A stretch of DNA of 64,000 nucleotides from Cyanophora paradoxa CCMP329 (lineage: Eukaryota; Plantae; Glaucophyta): NCBI GenBank assembly GCA_004431415.1, contig QPMI01000395.1, positions 248,001 through 312,000 of the forward strand, read 5' to 3'. Shown here one piece after another: positions 28,001-43,100 of this stretch. The notes beneath the pieces are model-generated. The model saw only the letters and a program-made list of their open reading frames with translations. It was not told the origin of the DNA and ran no database searches. Each line of letters opens with the position of its first letter. Positions within the stretch are counted from its first letter, which is position 1. The translations under genes were made by a program, and so were the position numbers.

Positions 28001-28295
28001 AGCTTAGGGCGCTCTAGCTGCCGTCTAGAGCTACAGATCGCGACGGAGATGCGGGAGAGAGACGCGGGCAACGCGGATGCTCGCCGATTCTCAATCCTTC
28101 TCGTACCCCTGAGCCTAGCTTGTCACTGCTGCTTGTGTCGGCTATCCCCGCAACACGCGGCCTCTCCGGCGCCTTTTCGGGATCCGGGAGCTGTAGCCCT
28201 GTCGATTTGAGCCCATCGGAGCCCGCTCCTGGGCATCGAGTATCCGACACTCGACGCCCGACGCCTCTCGCGACGCGTAGCGGAAGCGGGTCGAG

Positions 28296-30619
28296 ATGAG
28301 GGAGATCTACAAGATCCCGCAGAAGCACAACTACGAGCCGCCGCTCCTCCCGCCGCAGCGCGGATCGTCGGGCGACGGGCACGCCGGAGGGGCGGCGTCC
28401 TCCGGGGCCGCCGGCAAGTCGGCGTTCTCGCCCGTCCGCTCGAACCCGTCCTCGGCCCACGCGTCGCCGGCATCGCTCCGGAAGAAGCTGCCGGCGAATG
28501 CCTTCAGCTACGAGGCGCCGGCGGACCCGTCCGCGAGCGGCGGCGCGAGGCGCAGGCTCGATATGCACGGGCAGGAGCCAGAGCTCGAGGCCTCAGGCTC
28601 CCCGCACCGGAGCCCCGGCCTCGGCACGCGCGCCACCTTCTCGGGCCCCGCAACCTCCGCCTCCGCGGCGGCCGCGGCCGGCACGGCGCACAGCTTCGCG
28701 CCGGGCGACTACGCCTCGCGGCCGCTGGCGCCGCCGCGGACTTCAGCCTCTGCAACCGGCTCGGGGTCCGGCGCCCTGGCGCCGGGCGAACGCGAGCGCT
28801 ACGAGGCGCGCATCCGCGAGCTCGAGGGCGAGGTCTCCGCCCTCCAGGGGCGGGTACGCGAAATGGAGGACGCCGCCCTCGCCCTCGAGGACCAGGTGCG
28901 CCTACCCCACCCCCCCGGGGGTACCACCTCACGGGCGGCGGGTACCCCCCAGGTCCGGACGTCGCAGCGGTCTCTTGCGGGGCTGATGTCGCCTTCCCGC
29001 GACGGGCCCGAGACGCCCTTGCGGCCCCGGAGGGAGGGCGGCGCTGCGGAGGCGCGCGAACCCCGTACCCCCCTCCCGCTCCTTCCACCCCCTAACCCCC
29101 TCCCCGCAGGCGCGGGCGGCGGTCCTGGAGGGGGAGCTGAGGCATCTGGGGGCCCAGGTGCTGGGGGGGGTACAGGTCCTTCCCTTTTTCGAGGCTCAAG
29201 GGGGGTACGCGCAGCTGGACGCGCTGAGGGAGGAGAGCGACGCCGTGAAGGCCGATCCGGACGGCCCCGTCGACTTCGAGGGCGAGGTGCGCGTACCCCC
29301 TCCAATCGTCTTTGGCGGTACCGGTTGCCGACGAGCCCGCCGCGCAGCTCAACTCTTTGATACGCGAGGCGGGCCTACGCACCCTCCTTCCGACCCCCTT
29401 CCCGTCCCCGCTGACGCGGTACCCCTCGCCGCAGGTCGCAGCCCAGCGGGAGGTCCTGGCCGTGGTGCGGGTCCCCCCCCCCTTGCCGCGTACCCCCGTC
29501 GAGCCGCCGGGGGAGTAGAGGGAGGCGGAGGCGGGGCGGCTGCGGGCGGAGCGGGAGGCGGCGGAGCGGCGGGCGGCGCGGGCCGAGGCCGAGCTGGCCG
29601 AGGCGCGCCGGGCCAAGAAGCCGGAGCAGGCGCGTCTTATTTTAGCTCACCGAGCTTCGAGCTCGGGATCCGTCTGACTGGCTGCGGGCGGGCGGGGGCG
29701 CGCAGACGCCAGCGGGTTGGCGCGCCGAGCAAGAGAGCCTCGCGGCCAGGAACCAGGTGAGCGAGATCCGTACTTATCCCGAGATCTAATTTTGCGCGGT
29801 CTGATTCGCGTACCCCCCGCAGGAGCTGCAGGCGGCGCTGCTCGAGCAGCGGGCTCGCTTCGAGGCGCGCGTCTCTGAGGCGGCGCGCCTCCTAGGAGAC
29901 CTCCAGGCTCGCCCCGTACCCCCCGGCAGACCCGCCTACCCCCCCTGACCCCAGGGGGGTACGGCAGGCCAAGCAGACGGCCGCGCTCCGGGACTTCGAA
30001 GCGGCGTCGGAGGCCGCCGACGAGCGGATCGCGGTCCTCTCCGCCCAGGCGCGCCACGTACCCCCATCTGGCTCCTTCCCCCTGACTCCGGGGGGGTACC
30101 GGCAGGTGGCGCGGCTGGAGGGGGAGAAGGCGCGTCTGGCGGCGGAGGCTGCGGACCTGAAAGAGCAGCACGCCACGCAGGTACCCCTCCCCCCCGAGTC
30201 AGATCATATGAGATCGGCATCCACCGCTCAGATCTCATATGAGCTGCTTTTCCCCCCAGGTCCGGTTCCTGTCGCGGGAGCTGAGGCGGCGGGAGGCGGG
30301 CGAGCCGCCGGCGTCGCCTTTCCTGCGGAGCCCGCGGTTCGGGCCCGCCGGCGGCCCCGGGGGGGTAGACGATTCCGGAGACGGCCTCGCCCCCTCCCCC
30401 TCGGTCCTGCGCTCGGTCGGGCTCCTGGAGGCTTCGTCCCCCCCCGGGCCGCCCCTCCTCTCCCCCCCCCTCGGCCCGCGGGGCCCCTCGCCCCGCACCG
30501 TACCCCCGGCCGGCGCCAGCCCCGTCTCGCCGGCCGCCGGCTCGAGCTCGAGCGCGGGGGGTACGCCGCCCTCGCTGGGGCCGCCCCCGCGCCGGCCGTT
30601 CCGCGCCCTCCCCGCCTAA
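28296..30619 (+). CDS. Hypothetical multi-exon coiled-coil protein with Ser/Pro-rich termini
   Basis: Long first exon from MREIYKIP. Heptad-rich exons (ERYEARIRELEGEVSALQGRVREMED; VARLEGEKARLAAEAADLKEQH) are separated by short GT-AG introns. Confidence 0.7.
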
Positions 30620-31138
30620 TAATCTGAAGGGCCTCTGGCTCCCCGGAGCGCCCCGTAGTAAATTTAGTAGGGGACTTCAAGGCGCTATCCGAGTGAAGAG
30701 GCCGAAGCTAAAGCGTGCCGCCCCAGCGGATGCCTCAGGCAGGCGCGCCGCGCGCGCTGCTGTACAATCTGCAGCTGGTCGGCGCGCCACTCTAGATGCT
30801 CTATAGATCAAAATTGAATCCCCGAGGATGCTAGCTTGCTGGCCGCCCGAGACTGCCCGAGGACGCGGCGAGATGCTCTAGCTCAAGCGCAATCGCTCTC
30901 CGCATCTTTAGCTGCTGTCCCATTTACTAGTGCACAAGTTCGTTCGTTCGTTCGTTGCAAGCCCTAGGCCTGCCCCTCCCCGCGGCCGCGGACATATGCA
31001 TGCACAGTTGGAGACTTATTAATACAATAAATGACACATGTATACGTAGAACAAATGCAACTCTTGCACTTGGACTTCTGCAACCAAACTGCATTCAAAA
31101 TATTAAGCTATAGCTAGGTAACAACCAGCCAGCGCCAT

Positions 31139-34100
31139 TTAAAGAGCGATAGATTTCACGTGGGGTGCAGATGCAGGCTCGTCGCCTCGATCCGGCGTCG
31201 TTGCCCTCAAGCGAGCGGCCTCAGACGGAGTTAAAGACGCGACCGGCTCCGGCATTGTCGTGCTAGCTATAGCTGTAAAGCATTCGAAAGACTGGGGATG
31301 AAGATCGGAGACTCGTTCCGGAGCAGCCTCTGTTGGCCCGATGAAAGTGAACGAGGTCTTGCGAACAACGCCAGCTCTAGATCTGTCGTCGACGTCCCTC
31401 TCGTTCGCGGGGTAATGTCCAAGAGCAGGGGCGTCGTTCTCGAGTTCGACGTCATGCCGTCTCTGCACACGCGCGCTGCAGCCGGGGCCAACATGAATTT
31501 TGCAGTGTTTTGCGTGACGCACTCTCATGATAAGGCCTCGGATGGCGAGGTACAGGGCGAGAATCTGTCCAACAGCCTCGATGGCTCCGCTTCCAAGCGC
31601 GAAAACATCCGCAATCTGTGTGTCCAATCAGCCGGGACAATTGACGCGCAAGAAATCAAAAAACAGGCGCACCGCGTCTAAGACCGTGGTTCGCGTAATG
31701 CGGTCGACAAGCAGGTAAACCTGATTTTTCAAATTTCTTGGACGCTGGAAAAGCAGGGCGAACAGGAACACAGCACCTGGCTGGGTTTGAAGAGGACACG
31801 AAACTGGACCATGGCCTCTGCGCACTCCACTACTGGCCGACCGGGCGGGCAAACGACCTGCAGACGAAGGCCCCGCTGAGAAGGGATGGCGATAAACCAG
31901 ATGCGCAAACCCAGTACATACGAAGGTGGAAGGATTGCGCTCGGACAGTTCCGTGTCAGCGGCCGAGACAGCCGCGAAATATCGCGGATTTCCATCCAGC
32001 GATGATGTAAAGTGCATCGCTGATGTAGATAATACCAATTTAAATAAATAGCATCAAATAGCGCTTAACACTGTATAAATATTGCTGCATTGAAGGCTTC
32101 CACGCACGGGTCAGGTCGACGGGAAGGTTCACGGTGTCTTTGCCACGGAAGACTGAACTCTCCGTCCCAGTTGTAAATGCGCCCTCGAGCGCCACATACT
32201 CTGGAATCTACGAAGGGCATTGACGTCGCATGAGCAGCAGTTGATGATGCAGAGGCCGGCAATTGCAACCGCATCGCATGGCGCATACCTGCACAGCATA
32301 CGCAATGGAGACGGCGAATGCACGAGAAGATCGCAAGCGCATCCCAACAAAGGTGCCGTCTTTGGCTGAGAGACGACACCGATCGCACACCCAAGAGACG
32401 CTGCAAGCCGCGGCCATGTTGCAAAGAACGCGGTCGTCATGCTCAAGCTTGAAAGCAATGCCGGCAAACGCGGCACCTGCACGAGCGCCCGCTGTCCGCT
32501 TGCTCGTACGAGATGGCATCTACCCCCGAAATTCCAGCCCGCTCGTAGGCAACGTCGCTCGCACTGCACGGACCTAATCGGCGGGTTTGAGATTCGGAAT
32601 AGATCTGACCGGCAGTCTTGGATCAGCATGCGGAACCGGTACCTCCGTAGCCGCGGAACGTAGCCTTGATGCCGAAACGTCCATCGATTGAGCTCTCTGA
32701 AGGGCTGGTCCCGGGATTCTGACGGCGATTGTACATGTGTTGGCATTATGATCATTAATATTGAATTTAAATATGAATAGTTAAAAAATGAAGCGATATC
32801 GGCTTACCAATGACTGAACCACCTGTTTATGCGAGAATTGAAGTTTAAAGATTAGCACCATTGTGTACAGGGACAGACGTCGACGTCGACCTAGAACAGA
32901 CAGAAATCTCTAATCGAACCGTGTAATTCGCCATCCAGAACTGGACTGCCACAAAGCTCACTGCAAGTCAAACGCCCGGCTCGTGTAAGAGCTGGCGGGA
33001 TACACGTGTGGCATGATCATGAGCCTTTAGAGCATGTGCGCACCAGCCACAATGATGCCGGCGACACCTGCAATTGTAAAGAATGATCCCGTCACAGATC
33101 GCGTGTCCGGCTTTTCCTCCCCGCGGCCATCAACGTTTCTTCCACCCTCAAAGGCTATCGGCTTCTCGTCCTTGGCGTTCGAAAGCTCTGGTCTGTGCTG
33201 CGCTGACTCTGCTCGCGAGAGCAAAGACAGAAAGTAATTGGCGTGGTAAAATGGGCGCGAGAGCAAAGGCAGACAGGGAGTGGCACCTCTAAAAAGGAAG
33301 TGCAAGCGCCGGAGCTGCCGCAGATGAGCTCTACGCGCATCGAGCGACCCCGAGAAGACGGTTATATACAAGAAGAAAACGAGCGCTGTCAGAACGAGGA
33401 AGATGCCCATTACAATTCCGATCCACATGAATGCCTGTCGTGTATTTTAGTTTGCCGCCGAATTCAGAGTACATGCACGCGGCAGAAAGCGATCGCGCGA
33501 ACCCTGAAAACGTTGTCGAGAAGTCCCCTCTCCGTTTTCACGACGGCCTGCGTTATGCTCACAGCGTTGCGGCCGTATCGGAACTCCTCGGTCTGTGTCT
33601 CAATCCCCGAATCCGCCCCCGAGCTGCCCGCCTGCAGCAGCTTGCGGACGCGACCAAGAAGCCTCCGGGTGGGGGTGGTCTGCCCCTGGGTTCCGGACTG
33701 CGGTGAAGCGCGTTCGAGGCGCAGCCCCATATTGATCGGTTGGGAGGTCGCTGCAAGAAACGGTCGCAAGTTTTGTTTAATTATAAAATTAGATGTAAAG
33801 CCCTCAAGGCAATTATCTCGCACCGACTGGGCAGAGCATTCCGCTCGGGCATGGTAGACAGATGCGTGCTCCGCTTTCGGGAGAGTATGTGCTGTACGGG
33901 CTGTGCGAAAAACATTCATTGAATGAAGCGTGGCTTATATAATTATAGAAGGTCGCTCGCACCAAGGCATGCAAGCATCGAGCGTCGAGTTTCTGAACGT
34001 GCCAGGCTCACATGCCTTGCATTCAAGGCTGTCCTCCGAGATGTGGCCCTCGTCGCAAGCCGCACATCGGAAGCTGCCAGCTACAGCGCGGGCATTTAGA

Positions 34101-37100
34101 GGGCACTGCAGGCACTCCGAGCTGCCAGCCGGAGCGTATTTGCCGGCAGGGCAGGCCACCTGCGCTCGGTTTCAGGCCACCTGCGCAAATCGGAGATAGT
34201 CCTTGCGGCGTGCGCACGCATTGTACACGCTCGGAATTGGCCACGCTCCCGGCATTGCAGGGCTTCGCAGCATTCAATATTAAGTTCGAAAAGCAAAGGC
34301 GGATTCACGAACCTGGCACTGAGACATGCCCTCTTCCGATGCCGTCGAGTTGCCCGGGCACAACAGGCATTTGGTGCCGGATTCGTCGGGAATGCGGCCC
34401 ATCCCGCACGCTGATTGTGTAATTAGGAGCGGCGTTAGCTATAGAACTACACATTTTTGGAGAAGCGCAAAAGAATGTTTTGATTTTGCTGCAGCAATAT
34501 AACTGCTTGCGCTCAACGAACCAATGCATGTCACCCTGCGCATGCGTGCAGAATTAATATTACGTATACAAATCTCATGATTGAGTGCATCCAAGCGAGG
34601 TTGTCTCACCGGTCTTCTCTTGGAATCTTTCCAGTGGGGCTGCAAGGACTAGTAAGGCCCTTGAGCATGCCGAAAAACAGCTAGAATGAGCATGCAAACC
34701 AGCGAGAACACTCTTTACTTCCAACCCTGTCCGAGTAGAGACCCGGGGGACAAATGGCGCAGAAAAGCATCGACGTATTACGGTACGTTCCCTGAAAATA
34801 GGCAATAGATGTCGGATAAAACACAAGCGAAACCGTGCTGGAATAGCCACATATGCATTCACCGTACTGCATGGATCGCAAGCGGAAAAATCTGCCCGAG
34901 AATAGCGGCCCGGAGGGCATGCTGTGCATTCCGCGACCTTGCCAAGCTCGTCCGAATACGTATTTTGAGGGCACTGCGCATGGAATGCGATATAGAAATT
35001 AAATTGAAGCCCTCGATAAGATCGGAAAGCCGAAATAGTATTATTTTTCAATTCAGACCTGCTCGCAGGTTCTGCTCCCGTTCCGCATGAATGTGCCACG
35101 CTCGCAAGGGACGCACGTTGTGCTGCGCGGATGAGACATTACCCCGCGCGCTAGACCGATATCATAGCTATAGCATCGACAGGCAGACCCATCGGCGGAC
35201 GAAACGGTGCCAAGAGGACAAGGGGGGCATTCTTTGTACGTCTTGCGTGGAGAAACGTAGCCCTGAGGTCGCCAATAGTCATTAGTCAGCCGTTGATCAA
35301 TCGTTGCAATGCAAAACAAACGTACACTCTTGCATGGGAAGCAGTTGTTCTGCAGTGCAATCGGGAGCAACCAGGTGTAGAAGTGAGCGAACAAAATTCA
35401 ATTCTAACGCTGAGACCGCTGATCGGACCTGATCTTCGGGCTGGTAGGTACCGGCTTCGAGTTTATGAGCATATGCATGTGAGAACATCGCATATGCATA
35501 TCGCGGCGCGGGCTGTTTGGAAAAAGTCCGTCTTACCAGGGCAGTCAGCGCAACTCGTTTGATCGTCGTTGGCGATTTGTCCCTGTTTGTTGTCATCAGT
35601 TTACGTTGTGCAGCGTGTCTTTGTATACTTGAGCTGCAACTCCGGTCACTTTTTCGCATGTTTGACACTTTGTGCTACCAAGCGTGGAGCTGATTTGTCC
35701 CTGTATCCCGCGTTGATATGATAAGAGCAATAGCATGCGCAGGGCAGGGTAGAAGCACATTTGGGCAGCGCCAGCAACGGCCATCCTTCTCGAAGTAGCC
35801 AGGAGAGCACGGCCTGCGCTTCATGAGCTGAAAACGAAACGCCGTCGCCATCAAACCATCAGCGTATTTGTGCGCCTGCATTCCGTTCGGTCGTCTGAAC
35901 TCTCGCTTCCAGGTTCACTGGAAAAACGGCCATGAATGAATAAGTCCATGCATATGGCCGATGGAAAAGAAAGAGATATTAATACCAGGGAATGCATTCG
36001 GCCGCTCCAGCCGCTCTTGTGTAGAATCGAAAGGGGCACTGTTTTGTAAATAGACGCTTACATATCAGGCGGTTGCAAGTTCGATCGCGAGTACTCTAGC
36101 GGAAAGTAGAACGAATTACTGACAGAGACACATGTCTTGTTCTGCTCTGACCGGTAGCTTCCTTGAGGGCACGGCTGGCGAAGAATGTGTCACGTGACGT
36201 ACGCGTGTCTGCAGTTCAGACACATTTCAAGATACCATGCAGTTCTGCCGGTCCATGGACGCGACATATCCGGGATTGCACGGTTCGCAGCTCGGGCTTC
36301 CAGAGAAAGGAGTCACCGAGTTGATGGGGCACCTAAAAGAGACGGGTGCTGACAAATTAAACATTGTCGTACATGCGCATGCATTTATAGCCGCAAATAA
36401 CGAACTCGACGCAGCTGCCATCACGAACGGAGAACCCTGGCCTGCAAGCTTCGCAGGCTGTTCGTTCGACATTTGAGATGCGGCCGTCTGGACAAGGACT
36501 GCACGCCTTTGCGCCACTGCTGCTGAAGTCCCCGAAGGCGCACATCATGCACTCGCTCATCCCAGTCGCCCTGTAACGGCCAGCCAAACAACTGCAGCAG
36601 GAGAGCCAATCAATGTTAGAATTCTGGTTTAAAACTTCCAGCTCTGGAAGACGGCTCACGGAAGACAGCTCTGTTTGTCTTCGCTAGCCACAGAGCCCTC
36701 CTCGCTGCGACTTTATATCAATAATTGTGTTAACCGGGTCTAGATCGTGTTTCAGAGCGAACCACTCAATGCACGACAAAGCGGTCGGATACGGATTGTA
36801 GGTGTTGCCGAGACACAGCCTGCACGTTCCATTGTCCGCAAACGCTCCCTTGCCTGTGAGCAAGAGTCGGAATAGCGCTTTTTGCTCAGACCAAAACCAA
36901 AGTAGACAGTAGAAGCACCGCAAGGAGAACAGAAGGATCCATCTGAACTGGGGACCTCCCCACCGGCACAAACTGAGAACATTGCACTACCCTCGAGGGC
37001 CACTGCGCCAGTCGGAACAGAAGAGCAAGATGTCATTGTGCTGTTCCGGTAGGTACCACTCTTGCACGCTGCAGAATATGTATGAAGCGTAAATATGAGC

Positions 37101-40100
37101 TTCGGTGGAACTAATAAGCTGGAGAATGCTCACGCAAGCAAGCCTGATTGTCAGGAGACGAGACCGAGCCGACGGGGCACCGTGTGCAATTCGTCGACCC
37201 GAGCAGAGGGGCGACCTCGTTAATCCCACAACTGCAGCTCAACGTATGTTAACGTTTGTACCTTTTGAATATTCATGACGCTTCAAAACTCTCACCTCTC
37301 GCAGAAGTCGTCTAACTGGAATTTCCCTCGGGGACACTCCAAGCATTCGCTCAGGCCCGCCCTGGGCACCCATCCGGGTTCGCAAGGCGTGAAGTTGAAA
37401 GATCCCTCCGGGGCGACGGCTCGAGGCGGCACGGCCTTGCAGTATGTCATGTTTTCGCCACGGTACGTGCCCGAGCCGCACTTCACGCAAAGCTGAGCGT
37501 CGGCCGTAGCTGCCTGCCCCACTTCACACTCCGTGCAGAAGTCGGACGCCTCGGTAGGCGCGACCCAGTTGAGTGGACACCTACGACAGAAAGATCAGTA
37601 AAGGCGTGCACGGGGCCGCCGTCGGCGTCTCCGCAGCTGCAGCTGCGCGTGCGGTGCGCACCGCTGGCACGACTCGCCCTTCTGGTACGTCCCTGCGGGC
37701 CGCGGCCGTCAGGAACGACGTGCGTCTCCCCGAAAACGATAGCTGAAGCGACCGGGCGGATGGCAAATATCAGCGAATCGCGTTAATGACCCACGCACCG
37801 GCCGGGCATTTGGTGCAGTCGCTCCTCGCGAGGTTTGGCACCGAGCCGTTTGGGCACATCGAGTAGTTCGCGGAGCCCTCCGGCGCGTACGCTCTCACCG
37901 GCACCGGCCCGCAGTAGGTCATGCCCTCCGCGCGGTACGTCCCTGCACATGCGGGCGCGCCGCGTGGAATTCAGCGGCCCTGCCGAGCGGCGGAGGCCGA
38001 TGGCTGTGGTCCCGGGTGACGCACCCGGGCTGCACTTCACGCAGTTCTGCGAATCCGACGCAGCGATCTGCCCCAGCGGGCACGCCTTGCACTCCACCGA
38101 CGCGGGACCGTCCGAGATTGTGTTCAGCTTGCACCTGCGGTGTTCGGCGGCATCCCCGTCAAGCCATCCTCTCGGCCCCGCGTGCATCGGCCCCGCGATG
38201 GGTCGCACCGGAGGCACTCGCGCCCCGACGGCGACTTGTATGTGCCCGCGGGGCAGTCCACGCACTGCGCCCGCAAGTCGTCCGGCACCCGCCCCGCCGG
38301 GCACGGAAGGAACAAGGCCGCGCCGCGCTTCGCGGCAGCCCCCAGAGGCACGGGCTCGCACGCCGTCATTGAGGCGTTGCGGTACGTCCCTGCAGCGCGC
38401 CGGCATGCCATAATCAGTGACGGGTCGACACGTTCACGCGGTGCACGTGGGGCAGCCCCGCAATCGCAACCGCAAGGTGCGCACCGGCCTCGCACGCGAC
38501 GCAGGACTGGGCGTCGTCAGCGGGCACCATCCCCTCCGTGCACTCCTTGCACTCGACGCTCCCTTCCCCCTCCGCAATCTTCAGCCCCGAGCACCTGTCG
38601 TAGCCCCGCGTCAGCGCAGGAGCGCTGCAGGCGGTGCGGTGCGCGTGGATGCCCGCGGCTGCCGTCGGCGTCTCCGCAGCTGCAGCTGCGCGTGCGGTGC
38701 GCACCGCTGGCACGACTCGCCCTTCTGGTACGTCCCTGCAGGCCGCGGCCGTCAGGAACGACGTGCGTCTCCCCGAAAACGATAGCTGAAGCGACCGGGC
38801 GGATGGCAAATATCAGCGAATCGCGTTAATGACCCACGCACCGGCCGGGCATTTGGTGCAGTCGCTCCTCGCGAGGTTTGGCACCGAGCCGTTTGGGCAC
38901 ATCGAGTAGTTCGCGGAGCCCTCCGGCGCGTACGCTCTCACCGGCACCGGCCCGCAGTAGGTCATGCCCTCCGCGCGGTACGTCCCTGCACATGCGGGCG
39001 CGCCGCGTGGAATTCAGCGGCCCTGCCGAGCGGCGGAGGCCGATGGCTGGGGTCCCGAGTGGCGCACCCGGGCTGCACTTCACGCAGTTCTGCGAATCAG
39101 AAGTAGATACGTGTCCCGGAGGACAGACCTCACAAGTCGTCATGCCCTCCTTCGATGTTTTGGCATTGACAGGACATCTGGAGAAACGTTTAACGTCAAA
39201 TAAAGACATGCTTTTTGTAGAATTGCATTGAGTTCGCTGACCGTTCACACATTGTCTTGTTTGCTGACAAGAATGTGCCTTGTGGGCTGACGAAACGATT
39301 ATATGGCATGTCATAAATAAGATCTAGACATGTTCAAACGAACCACTTGGAGCATGCGGAAGTAGCTCCTGCAGAAACCTCGCCAGCAGGACAGCGAGTA
39401 CAGTTGCGAAAAGCACCTGCCGATCATGATCACCTCTTATACACATGTACACGTGCACTTTCTGAACGAGCTCGAGATGAATAAACTGAAATGCACCAAA
39501 ATCTTTGGAATAAGTCATTGGAGGGCAAGCGGAGCAGAGAGAGGCTCCGGGGAACGGAAGGAAGTATCCAGGAGGGCACGCTTGAAACGCAGAATGCAAG
39601 GCATTAGAATTCGGTGTGTTGCAGGAACCCCATTCGGTGTGTACGCGCACTTTTGCACTTTTCCGTCCACCCGACTGACTCTGTGAAGCCGTTCTCATCG
39701 CAAGGAGAGCATGGTTCGCCGTCGCGCCTGGAGAAGGTTCCAAGTGGACACGCTATGAGCGAAATGCGCAGTTAACACGATAGTGCAGCATTCGTTGACA
39801 ACTAAAAACTGCACGGACCGTAGCACGAGTACTTGTCTGGCCCAGTGCCCTCGCGGCTGAAGGCGCCCGCCGGACACTTGGTACCTGTATATGGCCAAGC
39901 ACTCTCATAATCTAGATCTGTAGCTTACACGAAGTTAAGACGGCGTACAGTTTGTCGCTCCTGGTCCCGAGAAGGTGCCATTTGGGCAAAGAGGCGCCTC
40001 TGTCTCATTTAGAAGCCTGCCCAGAGAGCTATAGCGGCCTGAAAGAAGACATGGTTATGCAAGGCAAAGAGCGGCTAGGATAACACAACTCACCGGCGGG

Positions 40101-43100
40101 CAAAGGCAGGCAAGTCGTTCCACTTTCGATATCATTCACCAACCCGGAGTTATAATACTTGGAGCGCGATACGTGTGAGCATTAAGATGATGACTTCAAC
40201 GCAATTTAGGCCGCTGTACCTGTCCAGCCGGGCATTCGGTGAAAACTTTATACACTCTGGCACTGGCAGCGGTTGCGATTGCAATTGGTTAGTAATATTA
40301 GAGCGGCTTTCATAATCATGGCTTTCAGAATAGCTTTCATATTGGCGATTGGCTTTCATAATCATGTAGAAACGCACGGGCTGCTTGTGTAGAACAGAAT
40401 GAACGGAGCTTCCGGAAACGGAGAGGAGTAAGTGACGTCGAAACCAGACATACTAGTCTGAAAAGCGCCGAAAGAGCTCATCCATCTGCCGCAGTGCGTC
40501 GATCTGCCGCAGAGCTTGAAATGCGCGTAGAGTGTCAAACTTACGAGTCGTAGTCTGCAATTGAGATACTCCCGCTGCGATTGTATTTTTGCGAAGATTT
40601 AGCGCTCGATGTAGTGTGCGGCAAGCAGACTGGTCGACGTCGAACCTCACTCGCTGAGGAATCGAAGAAATAACGATCTTCACTTCCTTATTGCTGATTC
40701 CAGCGGGATCCTCAACATTATCGATCTGTCTCAGTATTAATTTCAATCAAGAGCTGGTTAACGTCGCTCCTTGGCAAGCCCGAGACGCGTGCTCGAATCC
40801 CGGACGTGTTATTACGTGGGGAGCGCGGTCCGAGGCTGGGTTAACGTTCATATCCCACCAAGTGCAATAGCGACCCACTCGTCCTTAAACGGACAGCCCA
40901 AGCCCAGCGAGGCAGTATCCGCGATGGCCGCGGGGGAGTGACCCAATGGGTGGCGCCTACGCGCCGGATCTGACCAGGTCTCTGTCCGTCCCAGTGGGCG
41001 GGGGGACCGAGTTGGCAGTGAACACCGTGGGGGCGATGCCCTCACCCCTCCCAAAAAAAAGAGCTATATAGCTAGCTCGTGCTTATAATTACATAATAAA
41101 AACGGCCTCGGCACCTTGAGCAGAATGGCCGATGGCACTTTGGACCGAAAAATATTCTTGCGCAAACGAGATGGCTTCCTGAGGCTGAATGTATCCCGTG
41201 TCCAGGCGAACTGGCTGATAGTGTTCTCCTCGGTGTGTCTACGATCGCGAGAAAAAATAAGACAAGTACACGAGCTTCTCACGAGGCTAATTATAAGGCA
41301 ATAAGGCGAGACGAGAGCGAGGCTTCTCACGAGCCTCTCACGAAAAATGTACAAGGATCCTGTCCGGGCCTCTTCCAATCAGCCGCAGCGGCAGATCAAA
41401 TAGATGCGAAGGCCCTCAAAGCTAAAAACAAGCACCCGCTTTATATGAGACGGCCGGCACTGAAAACCATTCGTTGTAGTTCAGTTCGGAAGGATTATTA
41501 GCACTACTGCACGGCAGATTTGTGTAATAACGACAGTTGTATGGTCGCAACTGCAGTCGGTCTTTTGCTTCTGGGGCTGTGCTCATAGCACTTTGGAATC
41601 GGCTCGGCCGCCTGGATGCAATTCAATGCGGTGATAGAGCGCTCAGGCGCTCACCATGAAGCGCTCAACATGAACACGCACCTCATGCGAATAACCTGCG
41701 GCGGTCACCGGATCGAATAACGATCTGAATGAACTTGAAGTATATAGAATTGAATGCACCTCGTCACCAAGAATGAAAAAGCCGTAGTCGCGTCCATCCA
41801 CCCACTTTCCTTCCAACGCCTTCAAGTGTATGAGAAGCGAGAAGTTGTGCAAGTGATTATGCAGAAACACCAGTTTGAAACGCACCCCGATACCAGCACC
41901 GGCAGACCCAGTAAACCCGTTTTGGATAATGTGCGTAGAGTCCACGATTACGTCTCGCCAAGTAAGGACGATTGGAGCCTTTGCAGGCAAAACGGTAGAA
42001 GTTTCCTTGTCTATATTCCATGTCCAAGCCGAGATGACGTGTCGATATTTCCGCCCGTATGTCGTATATCCTACAAAGAACGGAGCACTATCGGTTTCGC
42101 AACGCCAGTCAGTACTTTTTCAAAACGCTTATGGCTGATTATCATGATAATACAGCTTTGATTCTAAATACCGGAGAATGGCGTGGTAGGCAAGAGGCCC
42201 GCCTTTCGAGGTCCGACCATCCGATGCCATAGCGAGAACCGCGGAGCCTGGAATGAATCTGCTTGTTTTAATTGTTTCACTTCTGATAGCGATCAGGCCT
42301 GGCTCTCCCCAACCTAAGGGGACCTCTCCTCCAACGTTGCTTGCGATGCTGCTAAGATTACCATAGATTTCGAGCTCCAGAGATGTGGCCGGACCCGCAG
42401 AGACGTCACTCAGGCGGCAGAGACGCAATCTCGGGACCGATCGATTTCCGTCGTCCAGTTGCTCGTAACTAAAATAAGAACCGAAGTACGCCGTTCCACT
42501 GCCCGTGTACATGTGCGAAGCGAGCTCGAGCGGTAAGCGAACTAATTTATAATTAGCGGAAACAATCCAGGGAGATGATGCACCGTTGCCAGAACGAAAA
42601 GTGCCGTAGATCCATTAAAAACGCCGGACCAAGAAACCCTGGCTTGGAAGACCGAACAGGCTCGTCGGCCCCTGTTCGATAATGTTAATATTGTTAAAAA
42701 ACGCGAGACAAGTGATATGCGCACAAATTGGACAGCCCAGCGCGGAGCCAGTGTCGTGCTGGAAAGCTAGTTTTGTCTTCAAATCCTCTTCGAGCGCCCG
42801 GAGTTTCGCGGGCGGCACATTAGAGGTCTCCCCACGTCTCAAAATCGCACCAAGGACATTTGCCTATTTTGTGCACGCGAAGCTGAAGGTCAAGCAGCGT
42901 AGATCCAGAGTAATATAAGATCTTACGTGGAACAAATACGATTGAGAGGCGGCAGGCCTCGCATCGATCATGAACATGTTGTCGACCAACCACCTCCACT
43001 TGAACCTGTGGAGGTCGAAAGGCTCGCAAAGTTCGAGCTAGTGATGAGTCGAGGGCAGCGCACATAGATACATCCGGTACATCATTGTTCACGAATGGCA

